The notes below the pieces were generated by a model. That model saw only the letters and a list, made by a program, of their open reading frames with translations. It made no database searches and was not told the DNA's origin. A DNA stretch of 64,000 bases from Basidiobolus meristosporus CBS 931.73. Lineage: Eukaryota > Fungi > Basidiobolomycota. Each line of letters opens with the position of its first letter. Position 1 is the first letter of the stretch. A program made the translations under genes and the position numbers. This document shows, piece after piece, positions 1 through 9,768 of this stretch. The stretch is from NCBI GenBank assembly GCA_002104905.1, contig MCFE01000159.1, positions 1 to 64,000 of the forward strand, given 5' to 3'.

Positions 1-185
1 GCTGTTGCACCTCAGACTTGCCATCAAGAAGCTTTTCAGGGCAGTGCACAAGGCACACATAGGCATTTGGAGACACTTGGAGCGCCTAGGAAGCTAGAGA
101 AGCAGGAGCTTTTACTCAAGTGACAAATTGACAAAGACACTAGCAGCTTATATTCAGAGGTTATTAGACTTGCTCCACTGGATAG

Positions 186-535
186 TGTTGTAAAAGTTTG
201 TAATTCCACCTAAATATTCACCTAACCTAGTCACTTAGATCATCACCTTCAAATCCTAGAGAATACTGACCAAATTCCTTGTTGAGATTTACTTAGAATA
301 TTTTCACCAAAATACCAGGTACCTAGAACATGAAAGTTCTTAAAGTTGTTCAAACAGCCCCAAGCTTTGCACACATGTTCTTGGGACCTTCCTTAACCTA
401 TTCTACGTGTTTGTAATACCAAGAACAGGTAAAAGTATAAATACTACTTTTACATTCAATAAATCATTAAGTGAAAACTACAAAATCTACTTGTCCTCCC
501 AAATCACTTCCAATATCTCCAAGACTCTTACAACA
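186..535 (+). repeat. copia LTR1 (350 bp)
   Basis: TG...CA ends with 8-bp inverted termini; TATAAAT and AATAAA inside; followed by PBS. Confidence 0.97.
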
Positions 536-626
536 GGTTATGAGCCCCAAGCTGTCACTCTCTGCAATGTCTACTACTGCTATTACTGGAATTTTTCCCT
601 CTGCTGAAAAGTTGGATGGATCTAAC

Positions 627-975
627 TGTTGTAAAAATTTGTATTTCCACCTAAATATTCACCTAACTTAGTCACTTAGATCATCACCTTCAAATCCTAG
701 AGAATACTGACCAAATTCCTTGTTGGGATTTACTTAGAATATTTTCACCAATATACCAGGTACCCAGAACATGAAAATTCTCAAAGTTGTCCAAGCAGCC
801 CCAAACTTTGCACACATGTTCTTGGGACCTTCCTTAACCTATTCTGTGTGTTTGTAATGCCAAGACCAGGTAAAAGTATAAATACTACTTTTACATTCAA
901 TAAATCATTAAGTGAAAACCACATAATCTACTTGTTCTCCCAATCACTTCCAATATCTCCAAGACTCTTACAACA
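627..975 (+). repeat. copia LTR2 (349 bp)
   Basis: Direct repeat of LTR1; followed by PBS and the full internal region. Confidence 0.97.
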
Positions 976-987
976 GGTTATGAGCCC
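976..987 (+). promoter_or_regulatory. primer binding site complementary to the tRNA-iMet anticodon arm (second copy at 536-547)
   Basis: GGTTATGAGCCC abuts the LTR; it is the reverse complement of GGGCUCAUAACC, the half-tRNA priming mode known from copia and Ty5. Confidence 0.85.
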
Positions 988-3900
988 CAAGCTGTCACTC
1001 TCTGCCATGTCTACTACTGCTATTACTGGAATTTCTCCCTCTGCTGAAAAGCTGGATGGATCTAACTACCAAGTGTGGAAGGTGAAGATGAAGATGCTGC
1101 TACAAGAAAGAGGCCTTTGGGATATTGTCATGGGAGAAGAATGCCCTCCTAAAAACGTGGGAGAGGGAGCCTCAAAGTACCAGAAGAAAGAACAAAGTGC
1201 CTTTAACTGCATTTGCCTTAATGTCAAGGACAAATTGCTAATTCAATGCTCAAGAGCAAAAACAGCAAAGAATGCCTGGAAAGCATTAGAGGACACCTAC
1301 CAGTCATGTTCAGCTGCCAAGAAATGTATCTGAGACAAAAATTCTTTACTACAAAGATGCTGCCAGGAGAAGAAATGAAAAATCTAATTAACAGAATTAC
1401 CCTGCTGGTAGATGAGATGGAATCTGTGGGCATACCAACTACTGATGAGGATGTGATAGTAACCATCCTGAATAGCCTGGCAGACAAGTTTCAGGGCCTT
1501 GTATCAGCCCTAGAGTCCAGAACTGAAGATTTGACCTTAATTACGTATATGGAAGGCTCCTGGATGAAGAATTAAGAAAATCAAGCGCCAATAAGAAGGA
1601 AGAAGGAAATGCTTTAATAAGCAATGATAGCCAACAAAGGAGGTACCCAAGACCCTACAAAGGTAATAGCAACCTATTTTGCAACTACTGCAAAAGGAAA
1701 GGACACACATCAGACCGGTGTCTCAAAAAGAGAGATTATCAGCAAAAGAAGCCTGAATATGGAAATGCTGCAACAACTGAAGATAGACTATTCATATCTG
1801 CACTAAATATGACCACAAGCAAGGATTCTCAGATGTGGTATATTGACCCTGGAGCTTCTCAACACTTTACACACCAAAAAGAACTTTCTACCAAATATCA
1901 AAAAATTCCAATTAAGAAGGATTTCATGGGTGACAATAGAACACTTGATGCAGTGGGAGAAGGAACTATCAAAGTAAACCTTAGTAGCAGTGAAGGATGC
2001 TATACACTGACCTTTAAAGAAGTACTCTATGTACCAGAAATAGCCAAGAACCTACTCTCTGTAAGCAAGGCCACAGCAGAAGGACTCAGTTTCAGCTTTG
2101 ATAATTCTGGATGCAGGATTGCTGATCAAAATGGTGCACATATTGCTTTGGGCATCAGAGATCAGAATCTATACAAGTTGACTTATATTCCATCATACTT
2201 GGAAGCCAATATAAGTAACTTAAATGAAGAAACACCAATACTTTGGCACAGGAGATTTGGGCACATCAATTTTGATTATTTGCGCATAATGATCAAAGAT
2301 CAGCTAATTTCTGGAGTGGGAATTGATCCCCCAGCTAATTTGGAGCACTGTGAAGCCTGTATACATGGGAGACAAGCCAGACAACCGTTTAAGAGCTCTG
2401 GGTTAACCAAAACTAAGAAAAATTTAGATCTAATTCACTCAGATCCATGTGGACCTATGCAAAATTTATCCTTAGGTGGGATAAAGTATTTAATCACTTT
2501 TGTTGATGATTATACAAGATACACATGGGTCTACCTCATAGAGAGAAAGTAAGAAGCTCTGTTTAAGCTCAGGGAGTTTAAAGCCATAGTGGAGAGAGAA
2601 ACTGGTGAAAAAGTCAAGAAAATATGCTCTGACAATGGTGGAGAATATACCTCAAAATTCATCATCCACTTCTGCAAAATTCATGGGATAAAGCAAGAGA
2701 CTACTGAACCATACTCCCCACAGCAAAATGGAGTAGTAGAACCAGCTGACAGATCAATAATTGATATGGCAAGATCTATGATCCATGATCAAAAATTATC
2801 CTATGATTTTTGGGCGGAATCAGTTGCCACTGCTGTATACCTTAAAAATAGGAGTTATAACAGAATACTTTGTAATCCTACTCCATGTGAAGCATGGTAT
2901 GGATACAGACCAAGTGCAGAACATCTAAGAATATTTGGGTGTACAGCATATGCCAAAAAACTGGCTGGAAATCAGTCAAAATTTGAGCCAAAAAGTGTAA
3001 AATGCATATTTTTGGGCTACTGCAATGAGAGTAAGGCATACAGACTCTACAATCCCAAAGCAAAGAAGCTGATCAAGTCCAGGGAAGTGTAGTTTGATGA
3101 AAATTCAAAATTTTCACAAAAAATGACATCAGTTGATGATAAAAATTTGATCTCAAGTCCACCAATTGTCAGGATTGAATCAGAGCAAAACAGTGAAAAT
3201 TCTTTCACTCCAGAGGACTCTACAACCATGGTTCAGCCAGAATCAGTGCCCAGGAATATCCCAGAAGTGATCATTCCAGTATCAAATGCCCGGAGATCCA
3301 ATCGGACAAGAAATAGCCCAAATTACTATATCAATGAGGGTACAAACTTAGCCTATGCCTATTCAGTCCATATTGATGAGCCCCAGACTGTAGGAGAGGC
3401 CCTAAATAGCCCTCAGACAAAGTTTGGAGATCTGCAATGACTGAGGACTATCAGGCCCTGATGGGAAATCAAACTTGGGACTTAGTCAAATTACCAATCA
3501 ACCAAAAATCAATTGGATGCAGATGGGTCTTCAAGACAAAGTACAAGGCTGATGGTACAATTGAAAGATACAAAGCAAGACTTGTAGCCAAAGGATACTC
3601 TCAAACAAAAGGACTTGACTATACTGAGACCTTTGCACCGGTAGCCAAGTTTAATTCCATCAGATTAATATTGGCTATTGCAGCAAAATATAAGTTTTTT
3701 ATTCATCAAATGGATGTAAAAACTGCATTTTTGAATGGAGAACTTGATGAGGACTTGTATATGGACCAGCCTGATGGGTTTGTTGACCAAGATAGCCCCC
3801 ATTTGGTCTGCATGCTTAAAAAGTCACTATATGGTCTCAAACAATCACCAAGAGCCTGGAATTGCCGCCAATAACTTAGAAACATTGGAAGAGACTAAAT

Positions 3901-4823
3901 CCTGCCTATCTAAGAAGTTCAAGATGTCTGATCTAGGAGAACTTAGTTACTACTTAGGGATTAAGTTCTCCATAGACAGAAGTACCCAGACTATCACCCT
4001 AAGCCAATCCAAGTATATCCAAGATATAATAAAGAAGTGCCAAATGGAAGACTGTAAACCAACAGCTACCCCAATGGAGACAAACCTTAACTTGGTCAAA
4101 ACTCAACCCAATCAAGAGAGCTTTGTGCCATCTGAAAGCCCTGACTTTCCTTATCAATCTATGGTCGGCAGTCTGATGTATATCATGCTTGGAACATGTC
4201 CAGATATCTCATATTCAGTGGGAGTTGTCAGCCAACATAATCAGAACTATGGATCTCATCATATTGCTGCAGTTAAGCGGATTTTTAGATACCTGAAAGG
4301 AACTGCTGATATCTGCTTAAGATATACTTATAAGGATTCAGAACAGGATCTTGTGAGATACTCTGATGCTGATTGGGGACAAAATTTAGAAGACAGAAGA
4401 TCCACCACAGGATACACCTTTATTTACTGTAAAGGAGCAATATCATGGAATTCAAGAAAGCAACCAACCATAGCACTTTCCACCACAGAGGCAGAGTATA
4501 TGGCAGCCTGTAGAGCTACAAAAGAAGCAATGTGGTTAAGAAAGCTGTTTACAGATTTAGGCCTATGTCAAAAAACACCTATTACTTTATTTCAAGATAA
4601 TCAAGGATGTAAACAATTAGGTAGATATCCAACTTTTCATGCTAGAACCAAGCACATAGATATTAGACATCATTTCATATGTGAAGCTATAGAGAATAAC
4701 TTAGTAAGCTTAGTTTACTGTCCTAAAGATGAAATGATTGCAGACATATTTACCAAACCTTTAGCTAGAGACAAGTTTGAATATCTTAGGTCAAAATTAG
4801 GACTAGTCAGTATGAATATTTAG
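980..4823 (+). pseudogene. copia gag-pol polyprotein with frameshifts and stops
   Basis: Gag EKLDGSNYQVWKVKM; protease WYIDPGASQH; integrase HRRFGH..CEAC, DDYTRY, SDNGGEY; RT QMDVKTAFLNG, LYGLKQSPRAW; RNase H SDADW, TKHIDIRHHF. Spread over several ORF fragments. Confidence 0.95.
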
Positions 4824-4833
4824 CTGAGTGGAG

Positions 4834-5183
4834 TGTTGTAAAAATTTGTGATTCCACCTAAATATTCACCTAACTTAGTCACTTAGATCATCACCATCAA
4901 ATCATAGAGAATACTGACCAAATTCCTTGTCGGGATTTACTTAGAATATTTTCACCAAATTACCAGGCACCCAGAACATGAAAATTCTCAAAGTTGTTCA
5001 AACAGCCCCAAACTTTGCACACATGTTCTTGGGACCTGCTTTAACCTATTCTATGTGCTTGTAATGCCAAGACCAGGTAAAAGTATGAATACTACTTTTA
5101 CATTCAATAAATCATTAAGTGAAAACCACATAATCTACTTGTCCTCCCAAATCACTTCCAATATCTCCAAGACTCTTACAACA
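4834..5183 (+). repeat. copia LTR3 (350 bp, 3' LTR)
   Basis: Direct repeat of LTR1/2; preceded by PPT and followed by TSD GATAG. Confidence 0.97.
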
Positions 5184-5974
5184 GATAGTGCCACAATGAG
5201 CCATGAGTACAAAATGATGCCATAGTGTGCCTGGGAGGCCAAGTGAACCTGGAAATGGCCACAGAGTGTGAAATATAGTTATACATTGGCATGCAATGCA
5301 GCCCCTCTGTTTCACCCATTATGCGGGTGGAAATCCATTCTTTGACCTTTTTTTTGGGATGAATGTTGTTCATGATGTATAGAAGGACAGAAGGACCAAA
5401 GACAAATATCTGGTATGCAATACCAATTGCACTCTGAGTCTAGCTCCTGTGGCTTGCAACATGTCACCAAATGCATTGCACCATCTAGGTCCACTGGAGC
5501 TATCTGGCACTATATGTCAGTATTAGCCTTAAAGTAAGACCTATACAAAGCACTTATAGTATCCAATAGTTCCAGTGGACTATGATAGTGCCATGCATTG
5601 ATGACATGTTGCAAGCCATAGGAGCTGATTCAGAGTACCATTGGTATTGTGTACCAGATGCATGTCTTCAGTCCATCTTTCCTCTTGCACATCCTGCACA
5701 ATATTCATCCCAAAAATAAGGTCAAAGAATGGATTTCTTCCTGTTTAATGCATGACACACCAGGGCTGCTTTGCATGACAATGTATAACTATGTTTTGCA
5801 CTCTGTGGCCAAGTCTAGGTTCACTTGGCCTCCCTGGTACATTGTGGCATCATTTGGCACTCATGGCTCATTGTGGCACTATCCAATGGAGCAAGTCTAT
5901 TAACCCATCAGACACCCTACACACCCTGAGCTGTGTAGCTTCTCCCAGGAGTGCCTTTACACTACCACAGTGCA

Positions 5975-6199
5975 TGCACTTGCCTGATGTAGAAGCAGTT
6001 ACATCTAGTAATTTTACATAAAGTGAGAGATTAATTATACAATAAATAAGCAGATATCATAGTTAGCTGGCTTATGGGATTGTACTGATCAGATTAGACA
6101 AGTGCGATAAATCTAAAATAAGGGAAGTAGAGAAATAGTGTAATGAAAAATATGGGAATGGGCACATCTGTCAGCAGGTGTCAATGTGACACCACTACA
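5975..6199. repeat. dispersed repeat, inverted homolog at about 14805-15030
   Basis: Shared blocks such as GCTTATGGGAT(T/A)GTACTG, GTAGAGAAATAG and CACATCTGTCAG; boundaries and class unclear. Confidence 0.55.
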
Positions 6200-6560
6200 A
6201 TGCCATGTTCTTTGATGTTTGGAAGAAAATTCAACCACTTTGCAGAATATCAGAATACGGTGCCAGCAAGTTTAAATACACACAAGCTACAGAACCAGCT
6301 TGAGTACCTTCCCAACATTGTCCACCCAGCTAGCAGTGTCACTAGTAAAGCCTCACTGTAAGACAAAGGAACAGCAGCTTCCCTGATTGGTCATTTGACA
6401 TGATACTAAATCCAATCTGACAGTATAAACTTGATCCTAAATATGATGGCCCATCCAAAGTTGTCAGAACACTACTGGAGAATCTTATGTACTTCAAGAC
6501 AACAACAGAGAATGGCCTTCTAAGAACTTCTCACCTAATTCACTCAAAACTAAATCTGAA
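6200..6560 (+). pseudogene. Ty3/gypsy integrase C-terminal relic
   Basis: SLMFGRKFNHFAEY followed by YKLDPKYDGPSKVVR (GPY/F-type motif), degenerate. Confidence 0.55.
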
Positions 6561-6699
6561 GACCCAGTAACTTCAAATCTTTTAAAGTCAAATCTAATGT
6601 GGACCATGATGGACAAGAACCAGATTATCTTTATTTAGAGTACCTCTACAACACCACAACAGCTCCTTTAATATTAGCCCACTTTACATCATTTCACTC

Positions 6700-6920
6700 A
6701 CCAGCCTTGCATATCTTCAGTGTCTTTTGATTGTTAGGATTGGATTTCAAGATCTCAGTCTCTATGTTGCATGCTGTAATAGATTTTCTGTGGGCTTTGT
6801 ATTTGGGCACTATTGTTGTGCTTCAAAGACTGTAGAGTGTTCCACTGCTGTTATATTGGGAAATGAGTCAAGTTATGACATTGAGTTACCTGAGGTTCTT
6901 CTTTGCAGCCTAGATGCTGT
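6700..6920 (-). mobile_element. fragment homologous to the interior (about 23455-23600) of the Harbinger-like element
   Basis: The reverse complement contains CAGTCTTTGAAGCACAACAA.AGTGCCCAAA and CTCAGGT..CTCAATGTCATA, shared with 23455-23590. Confidence 0.65.
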
Positions 6921-7087
6921 ATTCTCAACCCTTTTTCTTGATTACACTACACATTTATTACATTCCTCCTGTCTCTGGACTATTACCTGCTTTTTTGGGT
7001 CATCTCATCTGATTAGTTAGCCACTACCCTTAATTGTCTCATTAATGGTTTGGTATGGGCTGAAAATATACTGTCAAACACTGGTGA

Positions 7088-7455
7088 TGTTGAAATATTG
7101 AACCATCTGGCATCATTAAGCAGCTAAATATTTACTGATCAATTCTAGACTAGTCTTGGTCTCTGTAAGACTAATTTGAAGCCCTAATTTTCCACTTTTT
7201 TCAGATCTATGATCCTATAATTATTCTCCTATAGTCAATATCAAATGAACACTTTTACCAAACATTATGTACTAGCCCTGAAGCTGTTACAGAATACTCC
7301 TGAATGCTGAGAAGCCCTGCTTACTTAGTGTTACAGCTGTATTACTTCTACAAGTGTATAAATACTGAGCTTCTTTATGAATAAACAACAGCTCAACTAT
7401 TACCAGTATTTCTTGATAAGTTCCTTATATGCAAATCAATTTGTAAATTGCAGCA
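7088..7455 (+). repeat. LTR of a further family (368 bp), probable solo LTR
   Basis: TGTTG...CAGCA ends, TATAAAT and AATAAA inside; homolog at 13706-14074 on minus. Flanks GGTGA/GGTAG match only partly. Confidence 0.65.
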
Positions 7456-7649
7456 GGTAGTTGTGATGTTAAGATGGTCATTTGCTGGCCTTGTACTAGA
7501 GATAATAGACTGGATGCAACCTCATTTGTCTGAGCATAATGGTCAGCTTGCAGCTTCATAGAGATTCCAGCTGTACTTGTCAACATGAACATATCAATTT
7601 AGAGGAATTTGTGAGACCCTTTGGCCCACTTAAGCCTTTTAGATATGGC

Positions 7650-8230
7650 CTGTGGAAAGATAGCTCTGAAGAGAAGGCTTGCTGATGAATTGTCAGCCTA
7701 TCTCTCCTCACAACAGTAACCTGCACTGGACCAGCAAAAACACAATATGAAATGGAGACAGCTCCTGTGGCCAAAAATGACAAGATTACTTTATAGAGCC
7801 AAGCAGTCTCAGTAGTCTATTTACTGGTCTAAGAAGTGGTGTTGTGGATGGAGTAGTACCATACTTCCACCAATACTAGAAATAGGCACTTGGATAATTC
7901 ACTGCTATTTCTGGTCAAAATCATTCTGGGATGCAACTTGCCATGTACTCGGTATAAATGTAAAACCCTCATATGTATTGTAACAAATGACCCAAAGATT
8001 GTTCTGGTGCCAGCATGTGTCAACAGTTATATGGCACTCACATCTGAAAATGTCAACATTTTATGGTGTCCAACTTGACAGGAATCTGCTATCACAGTAA
8101 AAAAACATTGGTCACACTCCAGATGTGCTCCAGTAATATCCCATCTAGCAAAGCTCATGCAGTCCAAAAGTATTGTGAGGCAATAAAGTACAGCACTCAG
8201 TGTCAATCATGTGTATACATTTCTTATATA
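7650..8230 (+). mobile_element. EnSpm/CACTA-like transposase relic, N-terminal part
   Basis: Alignable by eye to 27240-27800 (e.g. LLVKIILGCNLPC, ACVNSYMALTSEN). Confidence 0.7.
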
Positions 8231-8234
8231 TTCA

Positions 8235-9768
8235 ATGCCTATGGAAGTTAACTTGGTCCCACAGGTGGATCCAATCCAGATCATCCATCAAGATCCTATC
8301 AGAAGACTACAATAATACCAGCAGCTTGGAATTAATGACCATCTGCACAATCTTACAACAGGTTCACAACAGCATTTGGCTAATTTTACTGCCAAATAAA
8401 GTTATATAACATAACAGTGTTTGTATTGTGCTCTGCCAAATGGTGGCATGATATTGTCATGGTCTTAGTGCGCTCTACAACTACTTCAATGGATCTTGCT
8501 GGCCTGTACATCCAATTTCCTTATATGGCAAATAACTTGACAGTGTCTTGATGGCCTCATTGCAAGCCTCTGATGGTATTAATGTGGCAGTATGGTGGCC
8601 TACAGCTAGTTCTGTATAATGCTGCTGTACCAATTTACCAAATGGTGTTTCCTTTTTGTACCTCCCCTTGCCCAATTCATAAGTTCCACTGCAGAATCAC
8701 CCCTCTTTTTTTTCTTACCCACTACTAACTTAGGTATTCCACATATAGTTTGAATCAAAAAAAATATGGCACTTGGGTTACTAACCTCTACAAGCATGCA
8801 CACCTGCTACAATTGACATACTTCTATCACCTCAACTTTATGGCTTCTGGTGTGATACTTACAAAGTTGCCATATACCTTGTATTGCAGGTAACATATAT
8901 ATCTTGTCAACATATGCTTGGTTGCCTTAGCTTCTGCCATGAATACCTTGTGAATATCCACAAAGGGCTTTTTGGTATTTAGCCAATATATTCCTTCTCC
9001 CTGCTGGACTCTGGTCCCTGTTATAGGTGCGCTCTGGCTCTTGTTTGCATGAACTCTATATTAAATGATGTAGAAACTGGCTTGCAACCAATAAAGATCC
9101 TGCATACCTTGGTGGAGTATTTCCTAATAAATTTAGTCACTTGTTGCACCCAACCTGTTATGAATAGACACAAGGCAGGAGAGTAGGGCTAGGCAAGGCA
9201 GGGCCAGGAAAGGACTTTGGTGTGGATGAACAAGGCAAGGTGGATTTCCAAGGCAAGGCTGTTTATTCAAGACCTGTGTTTAACAGACTGAGGAATACTT
9301 AAGGGGGGATAGGACTATATATACTGTTTGGCTATACTGATGCCAAGAGATATTAGCTAATACTAATGGGGTTGTGGGGTGAGGCACAGCAGCAGTGCTG
9401 GGGATAATGATATAAAGGGCAAGGCACTGAGACAGGATGGGGAAATGGATTGGGTCACCTGACCATGTGACTAAGTCATGTGACCTGGTATTTCCATATA
9501 TGGTACTGGGCTATGATAAATACAATGGGAAGCTTCCATGGAATGTTCCATTGTGTAACAATGGTTTGGAATGGTCAGGAACTTTCTGGAAGATGGTAGA
9601 ATGTTCCAGAAGGAATCTCTTAGAAATTGAGCTAGGAAGCTGAAACTTGGCATGAGTGTTCATGGTTGTCATGTGATCATGACACAACCCAACTCTGCAT
9701 TACATTACTGATACCCACACACTGGAGCTGCTTAGCTCCTAGATGCCACAGGCATAGGCATCTTCATG
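8235..9768 (-). mobile_element. EnSpm/CACTA-like relic, C-terminal part, inverted; carries a solo LTR and is cut off by gypsy G1
   Basis: Reverse complement aligns with 29100-30450, e.g. CCAATTTACCAAATGGT, TTCCTTTTTGTACCTCCCC, GGTCCCACAGGTGGATCCAATCC. Confidence 0.75.
9156..9684 (-). repeat. solo LTR (529 bp) of a family with no internal region in the window
   Basis: TGTTATGA...TCATGACA ends; perfect 5-bp TSD CAACC (9151-9155, 9685-9689); host sequence is continuous across it. Orientation inferred from TTTATT and TATATATA. Confidence 0.9.

Larger units (their letters stand above)
186..5183 (+). mobile_element. Ty1/copia LTR retrotransposon, three-LTR composite, decayed
   Basis: LTRs at 186-535, 627-975 and 4834-5183, each TGTTGTAA...TTACAACA. 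5-bp TSD GATAG at 181-185 and 5184-5188. PBS GGTTATGAGCCC after LTR1 and LTR2. PPT-like CTGAGTGGAG before LTR3. Domain order gag-PR-IN-RT-RNaseH. Confidence 0.97.
166..5898. mobile_element. about 730-bp foldback/MITE-like element interrupted by the copia insertion
   Basis: Removing 186-5188 restores AGACTTGCTCCACTGGATAGTGCCACAATGAGCC, the reverse complement of the 5860-5898 end. Arms pair inward to about 5510/5570 (ORF-track peptides 5176-5373 minus and 5649-5903 plus are homologous). ATT flanks both ends (163-165, 5899-5901). Confidence 0.8.

Noticed and set aside
407-671. Recurrent short ORFs MFV(I/M)PR.GKSINTT (also at 848, 29445, 31619)
   Set aside because: Translations of the copia LTR, not host genes.
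6580-6660. Chromodomain after the gypsy integrase relic; also sought at the end of G2
   Set aside because: No aromatic-cage or YLVKW-type motif recognisable.
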